The notes beneath the pieces were generated by a model. That model was given only the letters and a program-made list of their open reading frames with translations. It ran no database searches and was not told the origin of the DNA. The position numbers were made by a program, and so were the translations under genes. Below are positions 53,081 to 63,010 of a DNA stretch of 64,000 bases, piece by piece. Numbering within the stretch: position 1 is the first letter of the stretch; the number at the start of each line of letters is the position of its first letter. Source of the stretch: Candidatus Latescibacterota bacterium (GTDB lineage Bacteria; Latescibacterota; UBA2968; UBA8231); the NCBI GenBank assembly GCA_965223905.1, contig CBDCXV010000001.1:1056001-1120000 (forward strand). The letters are read 5' to 3'.

Positions 53081-54943
53081 TCAGGCCCGACTCTCGGTCA
53101 GCTTCAGACCGCTGCTGTTGAGCCGGTAGTCGACAACCCGGCTGGCGGCGAACGAGCTCCGGTCGCGCAGCTTTCCCAGTTCCCGCTTCAGGTCCCCGGC
53201 GGCGCCGTCGGCCGCTACCAGCAGGGCGAAGCCTCCGCCGCCTGCGCCCGTCAGCATGCCGCCGCTGCACAGCTCGGAGACCGCCGAGCCCTCGAACAGG
53301 TGATGCAGGGGGGCGCTGGTCGCTTCGGGATCGAGAATGCAGCGCAGCTCCCAGTAACGCGTCGCCATGCTCCCCAGGGCGTCGTAGTCACCGGCGCGGA
53401 GCGCTGTCACCATGTCGTCGTGCAGCGCCAACGACTCGCGCAAGGCGAAATAACGGCGGCGGTCCCTTCTCAGGTAGGCGGCGAGAATGACGTTCAGTCC
53501 GCGCGAAGCCGCGCGCGAAATCCCGGTGTCGAACAGCACGATGCGCTCGGCGAAACGGTCTGCGCCCACCTCGACGAAGGTGATGTCAGGTGCCGGCGGA
53601 CCATCGGTGGGGGGAGCGTACAGATCCTTGGCGGCGCTGGCGCCGCCGCGGGCCCCTCGCGCGTCCTGCCAGCCGGAGTTGAGTCCGAGGCTGTGCTCGA
53701 GCAGAACGCTCTGGTCGTACAGCTCGGGGTATTCACCTGCGTCGGTGCCGGCGGAGTGACCGGTAAGCCGGTAGAAGACCTTCAGGATGGCTGCTGCCAG
53801 GATGCTGCTGGTCCCGAGTCCGGATCCCTGGAGAACGGCGCTGGAGGTGACGACTTCGAGCCCGCCGCCGCCGGTGAAGTTCGATATTTCGCCGACCACG
53901 TCCCTGGTGCGCGAGGAGATGATCCCGCAGTGCACGAGCGCCTCCTTGACCATGCGCAGGGACTCGTCGCCTCCGCGGCGATAGGCGAAGAAAAGGTCGC
54001 TCTGCACTGCGGGGGCTCCGCGCGCGTTGACTTCGAATTCCGCTTCGAACCCCTTCGAAAGTGAGCGCAGCAAGAGGAGCGGTTCCTCGAGCCTCCGCGC
54101 CGTCACGGTCAAGGGAGGTCTGCATTCGCCCGAGTCATCGGTGCACAGATCGATCCCCGCGTTGAGCGTCTTGCCGCCCTGCTCCTTGGTGCGGATGTGG
54201 TTGTCGGAGGCGTTGGCGCTGGAAATTCCCAGCCGGAGGGGGGAGACGGCGGTGAACAGCTTGCCGAAATCCTCCCGGGCCATGGGATCCGCCCGCGAAT
54301 TCCGTCTCGAAGGCCGCCGGGGGCCGCGGAGGCCAACCGTCATGTCGCGGCGCTGCAACTCCACGATAATCCCTTCGTAGGCGTCGGGAAGCTCTGCGAT
54401 CCTCTTTTGTTCCTTCAGGGACGCGATGGCGCGATCGTCGAGGCAGAACGCAGGCACCTTTCTCCGCCGCCAGATTTTCGGATCGGACAACATCCGGTAG
54501 ACGTCTGCCTGCACGCAGACCGCCCGCATGCCGCGCAGGTACCGTGTTTTCTCGTCGAGCCTGTCGAGATAACTGTCGAGCTTCTTCAGGATGTCGAGGA
54601 GCGTCCTGGGATCGTTGCCGCTGAGACGGAGCGCCTCGGAGTGACCGACGTCGGCGACGGTGTCGATCATCTCGACGACGACTTCGGGCAATACCCTGGC
54701 AGCCGCTTTGCCGAAGGCGGCCGACCACTCGTCGGCCGGCACCTTCGAGAGCAGCAGATCGATTACCTCCGGGATCTCGAGCCTCGCCTGCAGGGGATGA
54801 TTCAGCAGCATCCGGCGGATGAAATCCCCCCGCTCTTCGTCGCTCAAACGGTCGCGGCGGCTGGCTGTGACGACGGTATCGATCAGCGACCCGGCGTCGG
54901 ACAGGGATTGGATCTCGTCGCGTCTGCCGGCCGGCTCGCTCAT
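53081..54943 (-). CDS. GHMP-family sugar kinase (fucokinase-like) with unknown N-terminal domain
   Basis: GSGLGTSSILA, SGWQD, TGAGGGGF. Confidence 0.75.
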   Translation of the reverse strand: MSEPAGRRDEIQSLSDAGSLIDTVVTASRRDRLSDEERGDFIRRMLLNHPLQARLEIPEVIDLLLSKVPADEWSAAFGKAAARVLPEVVVEMIDTVADVGHSEALRLSGNDPRTLLDILKKLDSYLDRLDEKTRYLRGMRAVCVQADVYRMLSDPKIWRRRKVPAFCLDDRAIASLKEQKRIAELPDAYEGIIVELQRRDMTVGLRGPRRPSRRNSRADPMAREDFGKLFTAVSPLRLGISSANASDNHIRTKEQGGKTLNAGIDLCTDDSGECRPPLTVTARRLEEPLLLLRSLSKGFEAEFEVNARGAPAVQSDLFFAYRRGGDESLRMVKEALVHCGIISSRTRDVVGEISNFTGGGGLEVVTSSAVLQGSGLGTSSILAAAILKVFYRLTGHSAGTDAGEYPELYDQSVLLEHSLGLNSGWQDARGARGGASAAKDLYAPPTDGPPAPDITFVEVGADRFAERIVLFDTGISRAASRGLNVILAAYLRRDRRRYFALRESLALHDDMVTALRAGDYDALGSMATRYWELRCILDPEATSAPLHHLFEGSAVSELCSGGMLTGAGGGGFALLVAADGAAGDLKRELGKLRDRSSFAASRVVDYRLNSSGLKLTESRA

Positions 54944-55274
54944 GTCATCGGGATAAACGGTGAGCGGCAGCGGTTTGTTTCGCTGCTACGAGGATCCCAT
55001 CCTGGCGGTTTGGTTCAAACGAGAACATCCGGTTTGCAAGGGACGGGATTCGCTGCCTTGGTCCGCCCGGCCGGAGGGCCGAGTGCCTGTCGATTTGGCG
55101 ATGGAGGGGACCTTTCCCTCGCCTCTACTTGCCTTCGACAGATCCTGGTCGACCGGGATGAGCTTCCGTTTCACGGCGAGAAAGTAGCCCGCCGCAGGCT
55201 GGAAATCAATGTCGGAGGGACCGGCCGGGTCAGGACGGTCCCCGGTTGCGAACTGCAGGATTGGGGGATCCCCG

Positions 55275-56717
55275 TCAGCTCGGGGGATGGGCGGTCAGGT
55301 GCTCGCCGCGGCCGTTTTCGTCGACTGCGACGGCCGGCTTGCCGTCCTCCTTGAAGGCGTCCATGGCGCCGTACTCGTGGAGTTTGTTGCGCAGGGTCCG
55401 GGTGCTGATGCCGAGTTGGGCCGCCGCGTCGGTGCGGTTTCCGCCGAAAGCCTCCAGCGTCCCCATGATGAGGCGGTGTTCCATCTCGCGGACCGTCATG
55501 CCGACCTGCAGGTCTCCGCCCCCCCGCCGGGGGCCTCCCCGCTCGAATTTTTTCGGGAAGTCGGCGACGTCGAGCATGGGCCGGCGCGAGACCACCACGG
55601 CCCGCTCGATCTGGTTCTCAAGCTCGCGCACGTTGCCTGGCCAGTCGTACTGCATCAGCAGCTCGAGGGCCTCTTCGGATATCCCCTCGACCCGCTTGCC
55701 GTTGTCGTCGTTGAAACGCTGGACGAAGTGGCGTGCGAGAGCGGCGATATCCTCCTTCCGCTCCCTGAGAGGGGGTACGCTGATCTCGATCACGTTGAGG
55801 CGGTAGAAGAGGTCCTCGCGGAAGTTCCCCTCTTCGACCTCCTTGACCAGCTCGCGGTTGGTCGTCGCCACGATGCGGACGTCGACCGCGATCGTCCGCG
55901 TGCTGCCGATGCGCTCGAACTCCCGTTCCTGCAGCACGCGCAGCAGCTTGGCCTGCAGGGAGAGGTCGATTTCGGAGATCTCGTCGAGCAGCAGGGTGCC
56001 GCCGTCCGCCATTTCGAAGCGGCCCCGGGTCTGCCTGATCGCTCCCGTGAATGCCCCCTTCTCGTGGCCGAACAGCTCGCTTTCCATCAGATCCTTGGGC
56101 AGGGCGGCGCAGTTGAGGCGGATGAATGGGCCGTTGCCGCGGCAGCTGTTGTAGTGCAGGGCCCTGGCGACCAACTCCTTGCCGGTTCCGCTCTCGCCGG
56201 TTACGAGCACGGTGGCGCGGCTGTCGGCGACGGTGCCGATCAGGTCGACGACTTGCTCCATGCCTGGGCTGTTTCCGATCATGCCGCTGAAGCTGTACCT
56301 GTCCTGCAGCTCCGAGCGCAGGCGCCGGTTCTCGCGCACCGTCTCCTGGAATCGAAGCGCGCGTTCGACGACGATCTCGGTTTCGGAGGTCGTCGACTCC
56401 GAACCCTTCTCGATGTAGTCGTAGGCCCCCTTTCTCATCGCCTCGACCGCGTCCTCGACGGTTCCGTAGGCCGTCATCAGGATGACGTGCATCTCGGGCC
56501 ACCTCGATTTCACCTGCTCGAGCAGTTGGAGCCCGCCCATTCCCGGCATCTTTATGTCCGACAGCAGGAGGTCGTATTCGCCTTTCTCCAGGCGCTCCAG
56601 AGCCGACCTCGCCTCCGAATCCGTGTCGACGTCATAGCCCTTGCGAATCAGTATTTCCTCGGTCGCTCCGCGGACGTACGAGTCGTCGTCGACTACGAGA
56701 ATGCGATTGTCAGGCAT
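55275..56717 (-). CDS. Sigma54-dependent response regulator (NtrC/FleR family)
   Basis: Receiver (VVDDD, DIKMP), [22 protein letters not shown], Fis-type HTH. Confidence 0.95.
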   Translation of the reverse strand: MPDNRILVVDDDSYVRGATEEILIRKGYDVDTDSEARSALERLEKGEYDLLLSDIKMPGMGGLQLLEQVKSRWPEMHVILMTAYGTVEDAVEAMRKGAYDYIEKGSESTTSETEIVVERALRFQETVRENRRLRSELQDRYSFSGMIGNSPGMEQVVDLIGTVADSRATVLVTGESGTGKELVARALHYNSCRGNGPFIRLNCAALPKDLMESELFGHEKGAFTGAIRQTRGRFEMADGGTLLLDEISEIDLSLQAKLLRVLQEREFERIGSTRTIAVDVRIVATTNRELVKEVEEGNFREDLFYRLNVIEISVPPLRERKEDIAALARHFVQRFNDDNGKRVEGISEEALELLMQYDWPGNVRELENQIERAVVVSRRPMLDVADFPKKFERGGPRRGGGDLQVGMTVREMEHRLIMGTLEAFGGNRTDAAAQLGISTRTLRNKLHEYGAMDAFKEDGKPAVAVDENGRGEHLTAHPPS

Positions 56718-56732
56718 CGTCTTTCCGGTTGG

Positions 56733-57992
56733 TTAGTGGGGAAGGGTGATGGTGAAGCATGTGCCCTCGCAGGGATTGCTCTGGAAGGTGATTCGCCCGC
56801 CGTGGGCTTCGACGATTTTCTTCGACGTCACCAGCCCGAGGCCGGTGCCGTCCTCCTTGGTCGTGAAGAACGGCGTGAACAGCTTTTCCCGGACCGCGGC
56901 GTCGATTCCGGGTCCCTCGTCGCGAATGCGGATCTGCGTTTCCGCGGCATCGGCTTCGCGCAGCACCTCGATGCGGACAACGCCGCCGTCAGGCATCGCC
57001 TGGGCCGCGTTCAGCAGCAGGTTGAGGACGACCTGGTGGACCTGCTCCGTATCCAGTTCGACCACCAGCGGAGTCTGGGGATACGAGCGCTCGATCACTG
57101 TTTCCCCGGATCCGCCCTCCGGATCGATCTCGAAGAAAGAGGCGGCCTCCTCGACGATCTCGCGGACATCGGTTTTCCGGGTGTTGAGGTTCAACGGCCG
57201 GGTGTAGCTCAAAAGGCTCGAGACTATGCGGTTGAGACGGGCAACTCCCTCGGTGATCTTGCTCACCATCCGTCGGTTCGGGTCGCCGGCATCGAGGTCG
57301 CGTTCCAGCAGGTTGGCGAAGCTGGCGATGCCGCCCAGGGGGTTGCGGATCTCGTGGGCCACGGTCGCCGCCATCTCGCCGAGAGCCGCCAGGGTGTGCA
57401 TGCGCCGGACCTGAGCCTCCAGGCGCTTCACCTCGGTGAGGTCGTTGAATGCCTCGAGGGCGCCCAGGATTTCGCCATTGTGATCCTTGACCAGAGAAGA
57501 GCTGAAGCCGAGGGGGATCGTGCGCCCATCGGCGCGCCTCAACTCTTTCTCCCGCGTCTGCAGGCCGGTTCCGGATTCCAGCGTGTAAAGGGCCGATTTG
57601 CCCCCGTCTGCGTCCTTCCCCATGACCTCTTCGTAGCGGTGGCCGAGCACCTCTTCCTGGGAACGGCCGGTGATCTCCTCGGCCGCCTGGTTGAACAGGG
57701 TGATTCTGCCCTCGAGATCGAGAACGAGGACGCCACCGCTCATGCTCTCGAGGATGTTGTTCAGGTATTTGCTGACGCGGTCTTTCTCCTCGAGGCTCTG
57801 CCGGAGCTGGTTGTTGGTCTCTTCGAGCTTTGCGTCGAGGTATTCGAACTGTTCCTCGAGTTGCCTGTAGGCCCGGACGTATTTGCGTGTGGTCTCGTTG
57901 AAGAGGAGGTGCGAATCGGGAAAACTCTCTTCGAGTTCGCCTGCTTCCCCGAGCTGGATGGCCGGTTCCGGTACTTGCCGAGAAGAGGTCAT
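56733..57992 (-). CDS. Cytoplasmic PAS sensor histidine kinase (FleS-like)
   Basis: Coiled coil, PAS, AHEIRNPL, NAAQA, DEGPG, GTGLGL; no TM. Confidence 0.92.
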   Translation of the reverse strand: MTSSRQVPEPAIQLGEAGELEESFPDSHLLFNETTRKYVRAYRQLEEQFEYLDAKLEETNNQLRQSLEEKDRVSKYLNNILESMSGGVLVLDLEGRITLFNQAAEEITGRSQEEVLGHRYEEVMGKDADGGKSALYTLESGTGLQTREKELRRADGRTIPLGFSSSLVKDHNGEILGALEAFNDLTEVKRLEAQVRRMHTLAALGEMAATVAHEIRNPLGGIASFANLLERDLDAGDPNRRMVSKITEGVARLNRIVSSLLSYTRPLNLNTRKTDVREIVEEAASFFEIDPEGGSGETVIERSYPQTPLVVELDTEQVHQVVLNLLLNAAQAMPDGGVVRIEVLREADAAETQIRIRDEGPGIDAAVREKLFTPFFTTKEDGTGLGLVTSKKIVEAHGGRITFQSNPCEGTCFTITLPH

Positions 57993-58282
57993 GTAGGGCT
58001 TGCTTTCCAAAGGGCCGGGCAGTCCCGGTGCGGAGGTCGCCGGGATCTTTGCGAGAACGATACCTCGACCGAGGAGGACGGTTCCGCGGGGCCGAATCGC
58101 AACGCCTCTGTGGACAGAGGCGGAATGTCGGGGGGAGGAGACTGAAGCGGCCGGGGTGGCCGCGCAAAAGGAAAGAATTCCCGCAGGAGGAATCTTCTCG
58201 AAATATAGGGAAAGGGCGCCTGGGCTGCAGAAACGCATTCCCGGCCAGCGGGCAGGCGCGGCAGAGACAGGATCGAACGGCC

Positions 58283-58933
58283 TTACGGCGGCGGTTTGGG
58301 GTAGGCCTTTTCTCCCGCGGTCACCGGAAAGGGAAGCCTGTTCCGAGGCGGCGGCATCGGGCATATGTAGGCACGGTCGTCATAGGCGCAGTACGGATTG
58401 TAGGACTCGTTGAAATCGATGACGCAGCGCCCCCCCTCTCCGCAGTAGACCGGTACGTAGCGGCCGCCGTCGTAGGTCGACTCGCCGTTGGTGGGATCGG
58501 TGAAGAAGACGGCGAGTTCGTTCGTTCCCTCGGTATGGTAGATTTCCAGCCAGAACGGCTTGCCTGCGAACTCCGAGACAAAGCGGCCGTAGCGCACCAC
58601 GGGCAGCAGGGAGTCGGTGTTGGTGGCGCTGAGCAGCCGGCGGCGGCGGCCGTAGAGATGGAGGCCCCCCTCGACGAGAAAGCCGGCCTGCGGAGGGAAA
58701 TAGCTCAGCCCGGCGAACGACCCGCGCTCCTTTTGCGGAATCGGCGAGCCCTCCTCCCGCAGCAGGCTGTCCTTGACGGCGCGAATGTGGCGCACTCGTT
58801 CGTGGTAGCCGGTGGTCTCGGCGGAGGCGCTTTGGAATGGCTGTGCGGCTGCCGGGACCCCTGCGGCAGCCAGCGCGAGCCCGGTAAGAGCCAGCAGGGG
58901 GAGGATTGCGGTCACGCCAGGACGTGTTGACAT
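58283..58933 (-). CDS. DUF1684 family exported protein
   Basis: Signal peptide; GLSYF, FTDPTNGESTYDGGRY, DFNESYNPYCAY, CPMPP. Confidence 0.88.
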   Translation of the reverse strand: MSTRPGVTAILPLLALTGLALAAAGVPAAAQPFQSASAETTGYHERVRHIRAVKDSLLREEGSPIPQKERGSFAGLSYFPPQAGFLVEGGLHLYGRRRRLLSATNTDSLLPVVRYGRFVSEFAGKPFWLEIYHTEGTNELAVFFTDPTNGESTYDGGRYVPVYCGEGGRCVIDFNESYNPYCAYDDRAYICPMPPPRNRLPFPVTAGEKAYPKPPP

Positions 58934-58995
58934 CGATTTCCGCGGCCGGTTACCTTGCAAACCGTTCGTAGCGAGACATCGCCGGGACAGTCGAA

Positions 58996-59022
58996 ACAGG
59001 ACACACAGGACACACAGGACAC
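58996..59022 (+). repeat. Three tandem copies of ACAGGACAC just upstream of SDR RBS
   Basis: acaggacac x3 followed by aggagtaggagATG. Confidence 0.92.
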
Positions 59023-59033
59023 AGGAGTAGGAG

Positions 59034-59810
59034 ATGGTTCTCAAAGGTCGCACCGCGGTCGTGACCGGGGGAAGCTCCGGCATCGGGCGCGGGGTCTGCA
59101 TCGAGTTTGCCCGCGAAGGTGCCAACGTCGTTGTGGCCGACGTGCAGGAGGCCCCCAAACGCGGCAAGTATCACGAGCAGGATACTCTAACCCCTACCGC
59201 GGAGGAGGTGGAGAAGCTGGGCGCAAGGGGGCTGTTTGTCCAAGTCGATGTAGCGAAAGAGGAGGAGGTTCGGCAGCTGATGTCCGCGGCGGCCGCGGAT
59301 TTGGGCGGCGTCGATATCCTGGTCAACAACGCCGGCATATTCACCCTCGGCAACAGCGAGGAGCTGCCGGTTTCGGAGTGGGAGCGGATCATCGGCATCA
59401 ATCTCAAGGGGGTGTTTCTGACCACGCGGCACGTCCTGCCCCATATGCGCAAATCCCGGGCGGGGCGGATCATCAACATCGCATCGGTGCACGCTTTCGG
59501 CGGCGGCGGCGGCCCCGCCTATGCGCCGGCAAAGGCCGGTGTCGTCAACCTCACCCGCGATACCGCCCTGGAGGTCGCCGCCGACAACATCACCGTCAAC
59601 GCGGTCTGTCCGGGATACATCGAAACGGCGATACAGGATTACCTGACCCCCGAGCAGATCGAGGAGTGCCTCGAAAAGACGCCGCTGCCGAGACTCGGTC
59701 TGCCGAAGGACATCGGCCGGGCCTGCGTCTTCCTCGCCTCCGACGACGCGGCTTGGATAACAGGAGCCGCCCTCCCCGTCGACGGCGGCTGGCTGGCCCC
59801 GGTGTTCTGA
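59034..59810 (+). CDS. Short-chain dehydrogenase/reductase
   Basis: TGGSSGIG, NNAG, YAPAK, PGYIET, VDGG. Confidence 0.93.
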   Translation: MVLKGRTAVVTGGSSGIGRGVCIEFAREGANVVVADVQEAPKRGKYHEQDTLTPTAEEVEKLGARGLFVQVDVAKEEEVRQLMSAAAADLGGVDILVNNAGIFTLGNSEELPVSEWERIIGINLKGVFLTTRHVLPHMRKSRAGRIINIASVHAFGGGGGPAYAPAKAGVVNLTRDTALEVAADNITVNAVCPGYIETAIQDYLTPEQIEECLEKTPLPRLGLPKDIGRACVFLASDDAAWITGAALPVDGGWLAPVF

Positions 59811-59814
59811 TCCA

Positions 59815-61005
59815 TCAGTGGTGAAACAGCCGGATGCCGGTGTGGACCATCACCATGCCGTAGACATCGGCCGCCGCGGTCACCTCCTGGTCCATGGCCG
59901 ATCCCCCGGTCTGCACGATGAACTCGACGCCGCTGCGGCTGGCTCGGTCGATGTTGTCGCGGAACGGGAAGTAGGCGTCCGAGCTCAGGGCCACCCCCTT
60001 CAATCCCGCCAGCCATTCCCGCTTTTCCTCGGCGGACAACGGCTGGGGAACCCTCCTGAAGTTGCGCTCCCAGGAACGGCGCTCCGCCGCTGAAATCGTT
60101 CCCTGGGCGAGCTCATCCTGCAGGTACAGGTCGACGGCGTTGTCGCGGTCAGGGCGCCTGATGCCCCTGCGAAACTCCAGAGCCAGCACGCGCGGATGCT
60201 GGCGCAGGTACCAGTTGTCGGCCTTGCCCGCGGCCAGCCGCACGCAGTGAATGCGCGACTGCTGGCCCGCCCCGACCCCGACAACCTGTCCATCCCTGGC
60301 GAGACAGACGGAATTCGACTGGGTGTACTTGACCGCGACGGCGGCGACGATGAGGTCGCGCACCGCGCTCTCGCTCAGGTCGCGTCGCTTGGTCACCACG
60401 TTGCTCAGGAAATCCTCGTTGGGCACGAAGTCGTTGCGGCGCTGTTCCATCGACAGACCAAAAAGCTGCCGCGTCTCCACCGGGCCCGGCCGGTATTCCG
60501 GGTCGATGCGCAGCACCTTGTAGCTCCCCCCTTGTTTCCCTCGCAGAATGGCGAGCGCCTCGGGGTCGTAGTCCGGTGCGATGATCCCGTCCGACACCTC
60601 GACCCGGATCAACTTCGCGGTGGCGACGTCGACCGGGTCGCTGAGGGCGATCCAGTCTCCGTAGGAGGCGAGGCGATCGGCGCCGCGTGCGCGGGCGTAC
60701 GCGCAGGCCAGCGGGGTCAGCCGGTCAGTTGGAGGCGCGAAAAGGGCGCGGCGCAGCGGTTCCGGCAGCGGGATTCCGACCGCGGCCCCGGCCGGGCTGA
60801 CATGCTTGAACGACGCCGCGGCCGGCAGTCCGGTAACCTGCCTGAGCTCGCTGACGAGCTGCCAGGAGTTGAGTGCGTCCATCAGGTTGATGTAGCTCGG
60901 GGCGTCGTTCAACGCCTCCAGGGGCAACTCACTTCCTGGCAGGTGACAGCGCGCCTGTCGCTGGTGCGGATTGCAACCGTAGCGCATGGCCACTTCCGTC
61001 GTCAT
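59815..61005 (-). CDS. purH: AICAR transformylase, short PurH form lacking IMP cyclohydrolase domain
   Basis: Begins at MRYGCNPHQ; SFKHVSPAG, KYTQSNSV, GAGQQSRIHC, SDAYFPFRD, RLFHH. Confidence 0.9.
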   Translation of the reverse strand: MTTEVAMRYGCNPHQRQARCHLPGSELPLEALNDAPSYINLMDALNSWQLVSELRQVTGLPAAASFKHVSPAGAAVGIPLPEPLRRALFAPPTDRLTPLACAYARARGADRLASYGDWIALSDPVDVATAKLIRVEVSDGIIAPDYDPEALAILRGKQGGSYKVLRIDPEYRPGPVETRQLFGLSMEQRRNDFVPNEDFLSNVVTKRRDLSESAVRDLIVAAVAVKYTQSNSVCLARDGQVVGVGAGQQSRIHCVRLAAGKADNWYLRQHPRVLALEFRRGIRRPDRDNAVDLYLQDELAQGTISAAERRSWERNFRRVPQPLSAEEKREWLAGLKGVALSSDAYFPFRDNIDRASRSGVEFIVQTGGSAMDQEVTAAADVYGMVMVHTGIRLFHH

Positions 61006-61118
61006 CTGCGTCTCCTGGTTGCTCGGAGTTTTGTTGACACTGAGAGAGAGCGGCTTGTTAATTATGCCGCCGAGGCGCAAAGGAACACACGCTAAAAGTT
61101 GCAAGCAAAGGTGCAGGA

Positions 61119-62156
61119 ATGTTCAAGGGTGGATACACTGCAATCGTCACGCCGATGAAGGAAGACGGCAGTGTCGATTACGACGGATTCGATCGCCTTC
61201 TTGATTTCCAGATAGACAACGGCATCCAGGGGATCATCGCCGTGGGGACCACGGGCGAAAGCCCGACACTTCTTTGGGAAGAGCACAACGAGGTCGTCGA
61301 GCGCACCTGCAGCAAAACGCGGGACCGCTGCATTGCCGTCGCCGGTACGGGGAGCAACTCGACCCGCGAAACCCTGGAGGGAACCGCCCACGCCGCTCAT
61401 GCCGGGGCCGAGGCGGTGCTTCTGGTCGATCCGTACTACAACGGCCCCAGCTCGGTCGAGATCCGCCGCGAATACGTCGAGCCGGTTGCCAGCCGGTTCC
61501 CCCAACTTCAGGTGATTCCCTACATCATCCCCGGGCGCACCGGAACGATGATGCACGCCGAGGACCTGGCGATCCTGTCGCGGCAGTACGGAAACGTCTC
61601 CGCGGTCAAGGAAGCGACGGGGGATTTCGACAACATGGCCAAGACCCGGAGGCTGTGCGGCGACGGCTTCGATGTCCTCTCCGGCGACGACGACAAGACG
61701 GTCGAGATGATGAAGCGGGAAGACATCAAGGCCGCGGGTGTGATTTCGGTGATGTCGAACGTCGTCCCCGCAGGAGTCCAGCGGATGACGGAGCTTCTCG
61801 GGTCCGGCGATCACGCCGGGGCCGACAGGCTGGCTGTCGACATGCAGCCGTTCTTCGGCATGGTAGGCGTCGCCGTCGACGAGGCGACGGAACACGGGAC
61901 GGTGCAGTGCAAGTTCCGCAATCCCCTGCCGGTAAAGACGCTGATGAACATCCTCGGCATGCCGGCCGGCCCCTGCCGCCGGCCTCTCGGAAAGCTCACC
62001 AGGGCAGGTCTCGACGTCGTGGTCGCTGCGGCGCGTCAGGTCTGGGAGAACGACCCCGGTCTGCTGGCACCGGTGGGGGAGTTCTTCGGCGTCGATATCG
62101 AAGCGAGGCTGCACGACAGCTCTCTTCACGAGTCCCTGATCTACGGCTACTACTGA
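61119..62156 (+). CDS. dapA: 4-hydroxy-tetrahydrodipicolinate synthase
   Basis: GTTGESPTL, PYYN, VKEATG, LSGDD; adjacent to dapB. Confidence 0.92.
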   Translation: MFKGGYTAIVTPMKEDGSVDYDGFDRLLDFQIDNGIQGIIAVGTTGESPTLLWEEHNEVVERTCSKTRDRCIAVAGTGSNSTRETLEGTAHAAHAGAEAVLLVDPYYNGPSSVEIRREYVEPVASRFPQLQVIPYIIPGRTGTMMHAEDLAILSRQYGNVSAVKEATGDFDNMAKTRRLCGDGFDVLSGDDDKTVEMMKREDIKAAGVISVMSNVVPAGVQRMTELLGSGDHAGADRLAVDMQPFFGMVGVAVDEATEHGTVQCKFRNPLPVKTLMNILGMPAGPCRRPLGKLTRAGLDVVVAAARQVWENDPGLLAPVGEFFGVDIEARLHDSSLHESLIYGYY

Positions 62157-62192
62157 TTTCGATTTGAACAGCTTCAAGCCGGGACGGCGAAG

Positions 62193-62996
62193 ATGATCAA
62201 GGTAGCGGTTGACGGAGTCGCGGGGCGGATGGGGCAGCGGTTGGCCAACCTGGTTCTCGAAAGCGACGACCTGACCCTCGCCGGGGCGAAGGAGCATCCC
62301 GATCACCCCTGCATAGGCGCCGACGTCGGCACCGTAATCGGCACTCCGGATGTCGGCGTGCAGGTGGGCTCCCGGGCTGGAGACCTGGTCGCAGGGGCCG
62401 AGGTCGTGGTGGCGTTCACGGCTCCCGAGGCGACCGTCGAGACCGCGGCGGCCTGTGGAGAGAGCGGCACCCCTCTGGTAGCCGGCACCACGGGCATGTC
62501 GGATTCCCAGCTGGCCGAATTCAGGAGTGCCGTAACCGCGATTCCTTGTGTATTCGCCCCCAATTTTTCTACCGCAATGAACGTGCTGTTCCGGCTCGTC
62601 GAGGAGGCGGCGCGCATTCTCGGCGACGACTACGACGTCGAGGTCGTCGAGGCGCACCACCGCTACAAGGCGGACGCACCCAGCGGCTCCGCCCTGCGCC
62701 TGGGGGAGCGCGCCGCCGCAGGTCTGAACCGCTCGCTCGACGAGGTGGCAGTCCACGGCCGCCGGGGGGCGGTCGGGGAGCGCACCCGCCGCGAGATCGG
62801 CGTGCACGCCGTACGTCTCGGCGATCTCGCCGGCGACCACTCGGTTTACTTCGGTGCACCGGGGGAGTACCTCGAACTCAGGCACCACGCCACCAGCCGC
62901 GATTCCTTCGCGCTGGGGGCTCTGAGGGCCGTGCGCTTCGCGGCCTCGGCACCGGCCGGACTGTACGATATGGGGGATGTGCTGGGCTTGAAGTAA
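62193..62996 (+). CDS. dapB: 4-hydroxy-tetrahydrodipicolinate reductase
   Basis: GVAGRMG, GTTG, APNFS, EAHHRYKADAPSGSA. Confidence 0.95.
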   Translation: MIKVAVDGVAGRMGQRLANLVLESDDLTLAGAKEHPDHPCIGADVGTVIGTPDVGVQVGSRAGDLVAGAEVVVAFTAPEATVETAAACGESGTPLVAGTTGMSDSQLAEFRSAVTAIPCVFAPNFSTAMNVLFRLVEEAARILGDDYDVEVVEAHHRYKADAPSGSALRLGERAAAGLNRSLDEVAVHGRRGAVGERTRREIGVHAVRLGDLAGDHSVYFGAPGEYLELRHHATSRDSFALGALRAVRFAASAPAGLYDMGDVLGLK

Positions 62997-63010
62997 CCCG
63001 GCCCGGAAGA

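Noticed and set aside
55209-58145. 978-aa + strand ORF and many similar long ORFs (e.g. 32-1225, 1477-3369, 42896-44848, 61092-63539)
   Set aside because: Antisense shadows of well-supported genes, expected in high-GC DNA; no motifs
61006-61118. ZMP/ZTP riboswitch before purH
   Set aside because: Gap is short, shared with the dapA promoter, and shows no aptamer motif
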